A stretch of DNA of 63,624 nucleotides, filler included, from Calcarisporiella thermophila CBS 279.70 (lineage: Eukaryota; Fungi; Calcarisporiellomycota), in assembly GCF_041956535.1 (NCBI RefSeq). It is 5 parts of 5 records of this genome, joined end to end, with 100 filler letters (N's around TTAATTAATTAA, not from the genome) between each part and the next. Parts side by side here need not be neighbours in the genome. Positions count along the whole stretch, not along the records: positions 1 to 29,198 come from NW_027192212.1; positions 29,299 to 56,292 come from NW_027192198.1; 3 more parts are not named here. One strand, given 5' to 3'. Of the stretch, positions 24,602-37,404 are shown one piece after another. Position 1 is the stretch's first letter. Each line of letters begins with the position of its first letter. The translations under genes and the position numbers were made by a program. The notes beneath the pieces were generated by a model. The model ran no database searches, had not been told where the DNA came from, and saw nothing but the letters and a program-made list of their open reading frames with translations.

Positions 24602-24967
24602 CTGAATATAGGTTCGGTTTCATCGTTGTATATAGCTTATCCATTTCTTCATCTTGTATTCCTTTGTCTACCCTCCCGTCCCACCTGTATTGTTTTATTT
24701 CATTTTACAATAAAAAAATATCATCCGCGAAATGTGACTCGTACATTTTGACCTTAAACCGACCTCTGATTCAAATCGGTTCGACCTTCCTTACTGAGCC
24801 CGCATAGGAACTTTATATCTCGCAGTCACATTTAGATTTTTCACAGCAACTCGGCCCATTTATAATGCTTATAGGCCTCTCTTTTTTTTTCGTGGTCGGT
24901 TTTTCTTATTTTTTTTTTTCTCACCACTTTCTTCAATTCCGCTGACTAGTTTGACCATCCCATTTCT

Positions 24968-26509
24968 ATGACTGAAATTCTTAGCTCTCTCGATTTCTTC
25001 AAGCTCCCCGAGAGGGAGGGTACCCTTCGCGTCCCTATCCCAAACCACCCGTCTCATTTCGTTAATGTTCACACCAATCTCTTCATTGCGAATGAATTTG
25101 TACCGGCCTCAGACGGGAAAACTTTTGAAACGTTCAACCCGTGCACAGGCACCCCCATCTGCCGTGTTGCGGAGGCGGGGCCGGAGGACATCGAGAAGGC
25201 GGTGAAAGCCGCCGAGAAAGCGTTTCCTGTGTGGAGCGGATTGCCTCACCACGAACGGGGAAGGCTCCTGAACAAGTTGGCTGACCTGGTCGAGCGTGAC
25301 ATTGACCATTTGGCCTCTATCGAGACGCTTGACAACGGCAAATCCGTCACGATCGCCAAAGCATTCGACGTCACCGAGGTGGTAAAATGCTTCCGCTACT
25401 ATGCCGGGTGGTGCGACAAGGGGCCGGGAGGAGGGCAAGTCATTGATGTGGGACGCGATCTCTTTTGCTATACGCGAAAGGAGCCTATCGGGGTTTGCGG
25501 TGCCATCATCCCATGGAATTTCCCACTATTGATGCTGGCCTGGAAGGTCGCACCCGCCCTAGCTTGCGGAAACACAATGGTGCTTAAAGTCGCAGAGCAA
25601 ACTCCGCTTTCGGCCCTTGCATTAGCTGCCCTTGTCAGGGAGGCTGGCTTTCCACCGGGGACCCTCAACATTGTGCCGGGATTCGGCCCTACAGCGGGAG
25701 CAGCGCTTGCATCTCACCCAAGAATCGGGAAGATTGCCTTCACTGGATCCACCGCCACAGGGAGAGCCATCATGAAGATGGCGGCCGCCAATGTTACCAA
25801 AATAACCCTCGAGCTTGGGGGAAAGTCGCCGAATATTGTGTTTGCTGATGCAGACCTTGAGCAGGCGGTGCGCTGGTGTGCTTTCGGGATATTCTTTAAC
25901 CACGGTCAGTGCTGCTGTGCGGGTTCCCGAATTTATGTTCAGGAAGATATCTATGATCAATTCGTGGAAAAGTTTATCGAGCACGCACGAACACTGAAGG
26001 TGGGGGACCCATTCGAAGCGGACACATTCCAAGGCCCGCAAGTGTCGCAGCTTCAGTATGACAGAGTGATGTCCTACATCGAGTCTGGAAAAGAAGACGG
26101 AGCTTGTGTCCGGTTGGGCGGCGGCCGACATGGCAAAGAGGGATACTTCGTGCAGCCGACAGTATTCACTGACTGCCGCGAAAACATGCGCATTATGCAG
26201 GAAGAAATCTTTGGGCCTGTCGTTGCCATTCAGAAATTTGCCGACATTGACGAAGTTATCCACAAGGCCAACTCTTCCCTTTATGGTCTAGCTGCTGCGG
26301 TATTCACGCGAGATATGCAGCGCGCCTTCAGGATATCCCACGCTCTGCAGGCTGGCACTGTGTGGGTGAATTGCTATAACGAGTTGGATTATTCGACTCC
26401 GTTTGGAGGATTCAAGCATTCGGGAATTGGGCGTGAGAACGGAGAGGAAGTTTTGTCGAATTATCTCGAGACCAAAACCGTGAAGATTAATCTTGGTCTT
26501 AAGAAATAA
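24968..26509 (+). CDS. NAD(P)+-dependent aldehyde dehydrogenase
   Basis: IIPWNFPL, FTGST, LELGGKSP, GQCCCAGSR, EEIFGPV. 513 aa, intronless. Confidence 0.96.
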   Translation: MTEILSSLDFFKLPEREGTLRVPIPNHPSHFVNVHTNLFIANEFVPASDGKTFETFNPCTGTPICRVAEAGPEDIEKAVKAAEKAFPVWSGLPHHERGRLLNKLADLVERDIDHLASIETLDNGKSVTIAKAFDVTEVVKCFRYYAGWCDKGPGGGQVIDVGRDLFCYTRKEPIGVCGAIIPWNFPLLMLAWKVAPALACGNTMVLKVAEQTPLSALALAALVREAGFPPGTLNIVPGFGPTAGAALASHPRIGKIAFTGSTATGRAIMKMAAANVTKITLELGGKSPNIVFADADLEQAVRWCAFGIFFNHGQCCCAGSRIYVQEDIYDQFVEKFIEHARTLKVGDPFEADTFQGPQVSQLQYDRVMSYIESGKEDGACVRLGGGRHGKEGYFVQPTVFTDCRENMRIMQEEIFGPVVAIQKFADIDEVIHKANSSLYGLAAAVFTRDMQRAFRISHALQAGTVWVNCYNELDYSTPFGGFKHSGIGRENGEEVLSNYLETKTVKINLGLKK

Positions 26510-26774
26510 GCCCACGACAACCGTGCACTTTTGTGTGGATTTATCTTTGCTTTCACCTGTACTTTACCCTCTGGAAACATAAGGATGTGTTGGCGGCCAA
26601 GGAATAGTAATAAAATGGGCCATAATTTACTGAGCTCGATTGTTCTTCTCTCGACCTCTGCAAGTAACGCTACTGGGTTCGGTGAAAATTTAAATTGGAG
26701 GCAAAATTTCTTTTCTAGGATATTCGCCATTATTTTATCCAGCATTTGTCTCCCTGGGTTCCAATCTACACAAC

Positions 26775-27449
26775 ATGGCTCATTATAAAACTTTTGCTTT
26801 TAAGTCTCTGTCTGCTCTCTCTACTGAATCCACCAGCGAACTCTGTACAAGCGATAAAGCGTTCCAACTCATTAGCGGTACCGTAACCTATGACGCATCT
26901 CCCCCGTCTTACATCTCGCGATTTATTGAGTATAGCATACGCATTGATGACAAGGGCTGCACTTCTATCGCAAACATAACCTCGATCTCGGCAGAGGAAA
27001 CATTACGATTACGCGTGGAGAGATTTGGGGATGATGAGTGGCGACAGAAACTACTTAGCATTCAGAAGAACAATGATGTCGAAGATGAAGATGGGGTATG
27101 GGAGGATAAGGTTGAATGGGAGAATCTCCCGGGTCTTAAAGGGTGTCTTGATATTGACTTTTCCTTCACCCCGATCACTAATGCTCTTCCCATCCGGCGC
27201 CTTCGTATTCTTGATTCAGATCCTAACAAATCGCATAACATTTCTGCTGCCTGGCTTAGAATGCCACAGTTCAAACTGGAACGAGCAGAGCAGGAATACA
27301 CTTATCTCGGAAAATCAGGAGACGAACATTTGGTTCGTTATAAGAGCAAAGCTTCTGGATATACTGCGGACGTCAGTGTTGACGATGATGGTATTGTAAT
27401 CAAGTATGCGGATGAATGGGAAAGGACTAAAGTGGAAATGGATGAGTGA
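26775..27449 (+). CDS. Putative glycolipid-binding domain protein (PA1994-like, mostly bacterial family)
   Basis: GCLDIDFSFTPITNALPIRRL, EQEYT and YTADVSVDDDGIVIKY resemble the family signature as I recall it. Intronless. Confidence 0.75.
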   Translation: MAHYKTFAFKSLSALSTESTSELCTSDKAFQLISGTVTYDASPPSYISRFIEYSIRIDDKGCTSIANITSISAEETLRLRVERFGDDEWRQKLLSIQKNNDVEDEDGVWEDKVEWENLPGLKGCLDIDFSFTPITNALPIRRLRILDSDPNKSHNISAAWLRMPQFKLERAEQEYTYLGKSGDEHLVRYKSKASGYTADVSVDDDGIVIKYADEWERTKVEMDE

Positions 27450-28127
27450 AGAAAACTTCCTGTCGCTCTGTAACTAACTAGCAGAATAGCTATCATGGAC
27501 GTATTTTAATTACTCTAAATTATTCTAAATCGTGACATTCGGTTTGTTTTTCTCTTGTTCACATCAATCTATTTGGTTCTTTCATGAGCCTAGCCCAGTA
27601 TGTTAAGTAATGTATATGTATAATTACGAATGCTGCCCAATATATATAAAGTTGAATTCTATGGGCTTCGAGTATATACAATAGTTTATTCTCATTTGGT
27701 GAGCGCCGCAGTAAAGAGAAATGGAATCCTTTATCGGCAAGTATTAGTAGTCGATGTATAAAATGTATTGAAGAGATTTTCATTCCCTAAATTGGAATAC
27801 GACTTGAAGCGAATAATTTCATACGAATAAGGGGTGCGCTCAAGTTATGGTTATTTGTTAATCCCAATCGCACCATTTTCTTTTGATCATAGCGGAGAGC
27901 AATGGAATTAAATATCGCGAATGGGTAGTGCATTTCTCTGCATTTCCTCTGGATACCCGAAGAGGTGACTATTCCTCTAGAGAATGATCTGGCTAGGATA
28001 CGATGACTAGTACACGATAGAAAGAGACGTGTATTATGATCTTGGAATGTTCTCGTTGGTGCTGCTTTGGAGTGATGGCTGAACTGATGTACTTGCGCCC
28101 TACACTCCACTCGTACTAAGCTCTCGA

Positions 28128-28451
28128 TTTTTTTCTCCATTGGGATGTATTTTTTATACATCTACTTGATAATTTTTATCTGAAGGGAATGGAAGGGTAG
28201 ACTTCTACGTCAAAATCACCCAGGTGCTGCCCCTGGCCTCCCATTTTGTAATTGGATCTCTCCTAAGGATTGTTGCCACCTATTTTTGTAGCCTCTTGAT
28301 ATTATTTGCTTGTTTTTATACTGTTGATAGCGGTTGAGTCCTGAGAAAAACCCGGCAAACTCTCATGGACGGGTGTCGCCTACGGGAATCGAATCCACAA
28401 CCTAGTGATTCGACTCCGGGGTCCCAATCCACTACGCCTACCAAGAGCGAC
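28128..28451 (-). mobile_element. SINE-F, full length, tRNA-derived
   Basis: Head with A-box-like GGCGTAGTGG and B-box GGATTCGATTCC. TSD TACTAAG(C/A)TCTCGA at 28114-28127 and 28452-28465. Terminal hairpin GATGTAT-A5-ATACATC before the polyA. Confidence 0.85.
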
Positions 28452-28465
28452 TACTAAGATCTCGA

Positions 28466-28660
28466 ATACCTTTATGACTGTCAAAATGATTTTCTCAATA
28501 CAAAAATCAATTTTCCACATAAACAAAATGTTACGGGCGAAAGGAGGTTTGTGTGGAGGGGTATCCGGATCTTGATAAAGATAAGAGATTTAACTTTATA
28601 TTTCAGGGAATTGGTGTTGAACATTAAAATAAACCGAAGGGTTTAAATAGAATTGTGATC
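28466..28660 (-). repeat. Two abutting LTR-like repeat pieces (end ...CGCCCGTAACA at 28529; degenerate start at ~28525)
   Basis: 28529-28650 is similar to 49965-50055 and 56210-56270. 28466-28520 is similar to 49509-49570 and 29307-29368. Confidence 0.55.
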
Positions 28661-28859
28661 AAAGGAGAATAACTCACACTTGTGTTCAAAGATGAGATAG
28701 ATAAGACAACAAAGTATCAATCAACATCAACAAGGTAGCCATGAGGGAGTATAAGAGTAACCACGAGGGCGGCGAGTAACCACGAGGGGTCGCCAACGTA
28801 GCGGCAATCAATTCTATTGGCTGCTCTACTTGAAAGATATCGCGCTTTCTGAATGTCTA

Positions 28860-29173
28860 TTTTTTTTTGATCAATCAATGGAAACTTTTTATTTAATTTC
28901 CATATATTACATGACTTAACATAACGAGATATAGGTCCTTGATAGATAGGCGCTCAATCGATATGCGTGTATCGTAGTTGTCATGAATAGCATGTACGTG
29001 AAACCGATGTAATCTTTGTACTTATCGTGGGAGCGATCTTTTCAATGATCAAGACTTAATTTCTGATCAAGTGGACAGCAGTCACAAACTAAGAGTAAGT
29101 GCTGGTGAGGGAAGTGGGATTCGAACCCACGCCGTTCTCATCGGCATACCAAGGATAGTCCACTACCCTCCCC
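28860..29173 (-). mobile_element. SINE-A, slightly deleted
   Basis: Same family sequence. Partial TSD GCTTTCTGAAT at 28844-28854 and 29175-29185, followed by a further poly-T tail at the contig end. Confidence 0.9.
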
Positions 29174-29198
29174 AGCTTTCTGAATTTTTTTTTTTTTG

Positions 29199-29298
29199 NN
29201 NNNNNNNNNNNNNNNNNNNNNNNNNNNNNNNNNNNNNNNNNNTTAATTAATTAANNNNNNNNNNNNNNNNNNNNNNNNNNNNNNNNNNNNNNNNNNNN
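29199..29298. other. Artificial contig linker
   Basis: N-run with TTAATTAATTAA (stops in all frames), 100 nt. Confidence 0.97.
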
Positions 29299-29299
29299 G

Positions 29300-29375
29300 A
29301 GAATTGATACGAGAAAATTGACTTTTGATACGAGCAAGTCATTTTGACAGCCATGAGGTATTCGAGAGCGTGGTA
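29300..29375 (+). repeat. LTR-like repeat 5' piece
   Basis: ACGAGAAAATTGACTTTTGATACGAGCAAGTCATTTTGACAG is similar to 49508-49550. Confidence 0.55.
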
Positions 29376-29650
29376 CACCGTCCTTTGATGGCACAGTGGT
29401 TAAGAGTCCCGGAGCTTAACCATTGTGTGCTGGGTTCGATTTCCGGTGACGGTATCCGTCCATGAGAGTTTGCCGGGTTTTTCTCAGGACTCAATCGCTA
29501 TCAACAATATAGCAACAAGCGAGTAATATCAAGCGGTTACAAAAAAATAAGTAGCAAAAATCCTTAGGAGAAATCAAACTACAAAAATGGGAGGCCAGGG
29601 GCAGTACCTGGATGATTTTGGCGTAGAAGTCTATCCTTCCATTCCCTTCA
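29376..29650 (+). mobile_element. SINE-F, 3' end degraded
   Basis: A-box-like TGGCACAGTGG, B-box GGTTCGATTTCC, and a body shared with 28128-28451. Confidence 0.8.
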
Positions 29651-31311
29651 GACTAGAGAATAAACGAAGGCGCAAATACTTGAATAATTATATATATTTT
29701 TTAGGTTTCGGAACGATATTGGCAGACACTCGCAAATGGTCACTGTATTTAGTAAACCTTAGAATGAGACGTGCCTGGTTTTAAATAAACAAATAATAGT
29801 CATCCTTTGCACAATATTTTGAAATTATCCTTGTTATGGTTGTCTTTTGACTCTCCAGTCTCGAAATCTACAAAAATGCATCGTGGAAATATGAGATTGG
29901 AGATGAAATTGAATTTTATTTCATAGATAAATACCTATATCACATAGCCTAGAGTAGGAGATTTTATATTACAATGATTTTGTTTGTCAGTATTTTGTTA
30001 GCAATCTTATCCAGCTTTAGTGGTGCGCAGCAGTATCCTGTTCACGATTCATTCAGAATGTGCAAACATAGAATAGTGTTAACTTATCTAGATGAAGCAG
30101 TTCTTTTTTCTTCTGATAAATCAGTCTCGGTTTCTTTCGCAGTGAATTTAGCGGATATTCATAATATTAGCTTTCAAGCTGGTGAAATAGAAGGGAAGTT
30201 CATTTGCTTGAGTAATGGAATGAAATATGACTTAAGGTCTATTATAAACAGCTCCATCGAACTCTATAGGCATGGCTATAAACCTTTACATTAACGATGA
30301 TAGTTTAACAATATTTTTTCAATATTTATAAATTAAAGCAATTATTGATATGAATAAAACTCTATTTCTGCCTCAAGGTCATACCAAAAAACACTTCGCA
30401 CATCTTAAGCAAAGGCTCTCTGGGTAGCGATTATCAAGATAAAAGTAGATTCTTTTAACGCCAATGCAAGTTGTAAAAAAAAATATCGTTTCCCGGATCC
30501 TCGTGCATTAATTCGGTTCGTTCATGCTTTCATATTTGATTTCCCATAGCAATTAGTTAGAAAAAGACGCTTTATGACATGTATTGTGACGATAATCACT
30601 ATTGTCGTGAATAGCTGAAGATCGTCTAACATCAATATTGGGTGAGTATTCAAAATTTGATTTAAAACGGATATTACAGTGATGTTGATAAAGAAAAACT
30701 AGTTATAATCTTGACATCAATTTGAGAATCAATGGTCTCCTAGTATAAAATGGGAAGAGTTCGATGAGATTTGAGGGACCTTATACATCATTTAGCACCC
30801 TTTGTGTATTCCTTTAACACTCAGCAGGAAATTTTCCGCTAGGCTTTTCCAGGTGTAATTAAGGAGACTCTTTAGTTGGAAGAAAACAAAGCGTTGCATG
30901 TAATCCTATGGTTCACACACACATTTCACACGTGGTGCCCATCTTCTCAGAGGCTGATAGAAATGGCTCAGAGACTACAGGGGTCATCACCTTAATTACT
31001 GAATATTAGGGAGATATTAACAAGTTGCAGAATATCGTGTAATAGCCATCCACTTCTGATTCCAATATTAATGGACATATCCTCCTTCAAGTGATTGGCC
31101 AACGCGTTTTCGCGTTTTCGTGTTTTTTCCCAATTTTAAAGTTCTGTCACACAGCTTCGAAGGCATTGGAATTCTTTTTATATTTTTATTTTTCAGAAGA
31201 GGAGTTGACACCTCTGAGCATCCTCCCATCCTCGCCCGCCACCGCACCATAATCATCTCAAGAATATCATAACGCCTGCGCCTCAGATTTCTTCGCATTG
31301 CATACATCACC

Positions 31312-31913
31312 ATGACTAATGCCACCGCGAATAAAGCAGAGAATGCTGTAGACAAGGGGGCAACCTCTGGTGCTACAGAGCAGAAGCAAAAGAAAGATAA
31401 AGCACCTGCTCTCTCACGCTCAGCTAGAGCTGGTCTTCAGGTAAATGGTGATTTCCGCACCCTTTCGATTTGTTTTAAAGTTCTAAATTTGGAGCTGGAA
31501 TGATCAGTCCGAAATTGAATTTATAATTAATAATGCATTTGAATGCGGATCCCTATCCTAAATGCAAATTCATTTTCTAAATCATTCCTTATCAACCGTG
31601 ATAGTTTCCTGTTGGCAGAATTCATCGTTACCTCAAAGATCGCAGTATGAATAATGCTCGGGTCGGCGCCAAGGCTGCAGTCTATTCTGCGGCGATTCTC
31701 GAATATCTTACCGCTGAGGTACTAGAACTTGCGGGAAATGCCACGAAAGATCTCAGAGTAAAGCGTATCACACCACGGCATCTACAACTAGCCATTCGAG
31801 GCGATGAAGAGCTTGACACGCTTATCAGAGCAACTATTGCTGGCGGAGGTGTATTGCCCCATATCCACTCTAAACTGATTGGAAAACCAGTTAAAGGGAA
31901 AAAGAAGCAGTGA
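31312..31913 (+). CDS. HTZ1: Histone H2A.Z
   Basis: SRSARAGLQ|[64 protein letters not shown]. One intron. Confidence 0.96.
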
Positions 31914-32082
31914 AGGATTGTTTTTGTTTTATCGATCTCCTATTTTTTCAAAACTTATTGATGTGCTGTTTTTTCTTGTTAATTTTTTTTTTGCTTATAC
32001 GTGTAATTTTTTTATATTTTTCATTTCGCTATTGCTCTCCAGTAAACGAGACTCTTTTCATTTGGCCGAACTTATTCTCTAT

Positions 32083-33915
32083 TCAACAGAAAGCCTTGGA
32101 AGTTGACTCACATTTTACACTGTCTAATGTCCATTGATTAAACTCGTCCGGAGTCTGTACCCAAGCAGCGAAACGCTGCGTGAGCAGACAATCTTTAGCA
32201 ATTTGATAATCCCGTGCCAGTCGTTTCAATTCTTCATAAGTTTTTGTCTTGCTCTCTTCCATCCACTCTCTTATTCGGAAATCTAATCTACCGGATGGCA
32301 TCAAAACGAGCAGATCTAGTAACGCATTGGCAAGGGAAATTTTTGAGAGAATCGGGCGGGTTTTGGCGGGATATATGCCCTCTCGATTTGGCTTGGCTCC
32401 TTGCTTTCGTCCATTGATAAGTACTTGGGGACTAGGCCAGCCAGTAACCCAGCAGAGTGCGGTGTTAGATGTAGTTAGGGTAAGGTCCGGATGTTTGCCC
32501 TCGATACTATCTTTACTGCTCTCGAAGTGGGCGTTGGTTGAAAGGATGCGGGGACAATTCACTTTGAATTCGATCGGGAGATCTACGAGACATCTGTTAT
32601 TGACTTAAACAATGCAGAAACCTCACAAAAAACGAAGGATAAAACCTTGTATTCCTTTAATCCTCCCACTAAGCGCTCGGGTCAAGGATGGTTCGTCGAA
32701 CATTTCTCCGACCACAATGGTTGTTAAATAGACGGGTTCAATTACCAAGTTGACAATAGCGGAGCAGAGGCCGAGCACATTCCATCGTGCAATTTTATCA
32801 CTATCAATATGGAGAAATGTAAGCTTAACTCAAATAATGATCTATGATCGAAATTTTGCATGCCCTCACCTACATGACATGGAGAGTGTGGGCTCTGAGT
32901 CAACTCTCCCAGGCTTAGTTCGCAATACACCCAGAGCCTCATACCCATATCTACCACGATACAATTTTGACTCTGCACAACCCTCCAGTCCATCTTTGGT
33001 TTGCTTTGGATTTGTTTGCTGTTGGACACGTAGTCGCTTATTAGAATAAGTTTGTTTCTCCAAGTAATCCCAGTCCGGAAGGGTGCGTTTCTTTTGAGCA
33101 AGGAACTCAGCAGCTGCTTCCTCAGTCTGAGCAAGAGCAAGTGGAGTCATGGAGGCATCTCCACCTATTCCTCGTGTAGGGTTGAGTTGAACGAGTTAAC
33201 TGAGTAAGAGAAGACATGTACTTACAAGGAGACTGGCTAATATAGAGGTGATAGCTCACGCCTGACTTTATGCGAAATAGGAATTTGGAAGCTTTATTGT
33301 CCAGTTGTAAAACCTCAGACGCGTCAGTTATCGCTTTTCGTGCCTCGTTAATCAAGTAACTAACCTCGATGCTTAATATTCAATGAGAGCTGTAATACAC
33401 ATAAAAATATTTGCTCGATTACCAATTAAATCCTCGTCTTGATAAGACCTCGGCATGGCAATCGTGTACCAAATCGCCTGATCGAACTAATTTTCGAAAA
33501 CTCTGACATTTTACCCCCGTTCTTGATTCATCAAATATATCATCAGTTTTGCGATCTGAATGTTGAACTATTCAATTTACCCTAACGAAATACAGCGCAG
33601 TATTTCATTTCCATTATCTGATAGATCACGTTAACACTATACACTATGAATTTTTTTTTTTTGACTACGAAAGTCAGTGTATTACCATCAACTCGCATTT
33701 CAACTATTCCGGCCAGAACTGTCCATTCGACTTTCGAGCCCTGAACTTGTGGTTTTCCGTTTTTTGGTAACTGAAAATATAAATAATATAACCACAAAAA
33801 AAAAAACATTTTAAATTAGGGAGAAGTTCTAAAAATGTGGAATGGCTTGAATACAGACCTTTTTGTACTGCTCTAAACAAATATTTGCTATTCTGTCGCC
33901 GAAAGAATCTGTCAT
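32083..33915 (-). CDS. TAD1: tRNA-specific adenosine deaminase (ADAT1/Tad1), multi-exon
   Basis: LPKNGKP..EWTVLAGIV, HDCHAEV, YHLYISQSPCG-DAS, LRTKPGRVDS..SMSCSDKIARWNVLG, YQIAK. Confidence 0.85.
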
Positions 33916-34353
33916 TATTTATGAATAAAAACTAAATACAAGGGGAATTAACAGAATCGTTAAGGGTATAAAGAGCTCGAATTATAAGATCGAGATAAAA
34001 GGCTGATTTGATAATTAGTTAGAACAAAGCGAAATGTTCATCGTGCTATCCATTGCCATGTGGATATAGATCAAGGGATGGAAGGGTTTTGGAATATTAT
34101 ACCTAAGGGTCGACCGTCTGAAAATCTCTGCAATCAATCCAATTCTGGAAAGCTTAATTATATATGATTCGATTGGTTGAAAAGTAATTCTCCCCCTCTT
34201 TCATTTTATTGATTTGAAAAGTCAGATAAAGGGTTTATATTCTCCATACTCACCTATAATTCCTTTTTTTTTTTCTAAAATTCACTCATTCATTAGTCCT
34301 TTTCTCATACTCATCAAGAATTTTCAACTGTATTTATACATATCATTGCTCCG

Positions 34354-36121
34354 ATGTCATACAATAATAGGACTACCATGAGCCGGGACCGACTGGCAGA
34401 ACTAAGAGTAAGTTTGAATTCGCCTTCGGAAATTGCGTAGTTTACATTCATTCATTAACCCGCTACTTATACATTTTTCCGATGGTTCGTTTTAATAGGC
34501 CAATTCTGGATAGTATGTGCCGCATTTACACTGCCTTTCATTACCATCTGCAAAACTCATCTTACATTTCTCTTTTAACCTGTAGCCGAAGTAGCTCAAC
34601 CACCCCAATGCGAGCACTACCCACCCAGCCCATGTCCTCAGGTCTTCCCTCTAATCCATATACTCAAAACTCTCGGCAAAGTACAGCCAGACAAAGCGAG
34701 CTTCCTAGTCGCTATCGTCCAATGACCAACAACTACGATGACTATTCCTCTCCTGCTTCTGACTACCGCCAAACACAGGCATACTCAAATTACCCTCCCA
34801 ATCCACCTTCCTACGAAATGCAGCAGAAAAAATCTTTCCCGCCAATGTCCTCACAGCCGAACTCCAATGCAGATGATATGGGCCAATTCTTTGACGAAGT
34901 AGAAGGAATCAAAGCGGATATCCAGGACGTGAATGAAGATATTCTGAAAATCGATCAGCTGCATGGAGTCATACTTAATACGATTGAACATAATGAGCAC
35001 GAAAGAATCACACGGCAATTGGACTCTCTCTTAGCACAAGTAAAGCGTAAAAACACAAAACTGAAAGATCGGATTAAAGGTATAATAATCTCTGTTTTGA
35101 CACTCTTCCATTTAAGCAATGGGACTGAATATGCTTTTATTGTAACACGTCAATTCTAGCTATGGAACTTTCGAACTCTAAGATGAAACCATCAGGAGAT
35201 TTGCAAATTAGAAAAACACAGGTACGTACCTTCCAAGTCCCATCGAAAATATAGCGCACTCATATAGTATTCTTACCTACACTCGTGCAGCATTCCAATT
35301 TGAAAAAGAAATTTATGGAAACTATTCGCAAATTCCAAGATATTGAACGCGTCCATCAAGAAAAATACCGCAACCGTATGGAGCGCCAGATACGAATTGG
35401 TAATGCAGCCTCCATCCTTTTAAGTCCATGCAGTTAGGACTCAACTGCTTTTTATCTACCCCTTATGCTATAGTCAAACCTGATGCGAGCGAGGAAGAGA
35501 TCGAGGCGGTGATCGATTCTGATAATGCAGGACAGATTTTCGCACAATCTGTACTGCAATCGAACCGCTCTGGACAGGCACGTGCGGTTCTCGCCGAAGT
35601 TCAATCCCGACACGATGAGATCAAAAAGATTGAGAACACAATTCTGGTTAGCAACTCTTATTTCTATTTTTCGCCCTCTCCGATAATTAATGATTTAACC
35701 CGTGCCTTAGGAATTGCACTCGCTCTTCCAAGATATGTCTATGCTCGTTGAACAACAGGCAGAGGTTATAAATGAAGTGGAGCAGTATGCAGAAGAGGCT
35801 GCGGTCAACATTGAAGCGGGTACAAAAGAGGTCCAAGTGGCAGTCACAAGCGCACAGAAGGCTCGAACGGTAAGTTGCTGTTAAACGAATTCACCGAGCA
35901 TAAAATTGCAGTAATGATTTTTGCTGCATCTTTCTTTTTTTTCTTTGTAGAAACGGAAATGGTGCTTCTTAATATTGGTTATACTGATCATTGTAATATT
36001 AATCGTCATTTATTTCCAAGTCATTCAGCCACTTATGGTAAGTTGAGTCTATCTAGGATGATTATTTTTTCCCTTAACTGACAAATGTGTATTTGTGGGT
36101 GTCAACACAGAACAAAGCTAA
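34354..36121 (+). CDS. Plasma-membrane syntaxin (Sso1/2-like t-SNARE), multi-exon
   Basis: MSRDRLAELR, FFDEVEGIK, VKPDASEEEI, ARAVLAEVQSRHDEIKKIE, LFQDMSMLVEQQ, C-terminal TM. Confidence 0.92.
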
Positions 36122-37404
36122 GAAATGATAGACTGCATTCAAAAATTATTTCTTCATTATTATCTTTGCGATTTGTTATTGAAGTACACCCATGATACAC
36201 AATCGGATATGCTATGTTATAATTATTTAAGTAAAAATGAATGCTTCGAACTCTCCAGACTTGATCTATCCACAGAATCCATTATCTGACCAAAAAGTGT
36301 TAATTAAATTCTAAAAAAAAAAAACAATACTTGACTTACGCATTCATGCCATTCTTTCTTCTCTGATTTCTGGAAGCTTTTATGAATTATTTATAGAAAC
36401 TGGATACCTCTGTATTAACAACGAAATATCATTTATGACAGGGGATTTGACTTTTATATGAAATAAATATCCTGGAGACTGTACGCTTATCTTCTAAAGG
36501 GTATCACTGAAACGTTATTCTGATGAATGATTCCCTATTAGATAACAGTCCTAGAGCTGAATAATGACCCTTGCAGTTAAGTTAACTTGCGCAAAGACAC
36601 TGATTTCCCCACGGGACAAACTCCAAGCGCTTTCACAAACTGGTTTGTGTATGCGGAAGAGTTGACCGGATTAGGGCCCATCTGCAGACTGACATAACTG
36701 CATCCTAATCTTAGCTCATTGCTGAGGTAGGGCAACTGGGATTGCCCTGATGCGTTAGTGTGCTTGATATACTTGGGTCTCTGGCCTCGCTGAAGCCACA
36801 TGAAGCAGGCAGCCGACTTGGTTGGAAATCTTTTAATTACGCGGAAATTAACCTGTAATTTGAGTGTCACATAAGATTTAAGTAAAAATACGGATCCCCC
36901 CTAATTCTTAACTGAAGGGTGTGAAACATCAGATTTACTTCGGATAGAACTCCGGTCCAGAATACACTGATGCTCCAAATAAACAGGAAAAACTCGACTA
37001 TTTTTCGAACAAAAGTGACACGCTGTCCACTTTTTTCGGCTATCGAAGAGCATCGAGGTTTACCCTTTGGGTACATCTTCGTTTCATCATCAAAGTCTGA
37101 TAAATAAATACCAGAACTGTTGTTTTCTCCGCGAAATTTCTTCTACTCGCTCCTTTGCTTCAGCCCATTCTCTATTCTTTGCCACTCTCCTTTAGTTTGC
37201 CTTTGATTTGCCAAGCGGGCCTTTTCTCCAGGAAAGAATAGCGGCTGGACCGCAGTTAGATAGTCAAACTAGCGGTTTCAAAGGAATATCGACTAGACTT
37301 TTATGATTGCACTTCTTTCTTCTGTTTCCTGCATGTGTCACTCATTATCATCAGCATCGCATATTCATCATCCACAATCCCATAGTGTATCTTAGTAATT
37401 TAAC

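Noticed and set aside
29199-29298. TTAATTAATTAA within N-runs (also at 56293, 58172 and 62472) as a biological repeat
   Set aside because: It is an identical 100-nt artificial linker. Adjacency across the linkers is not real synteny.
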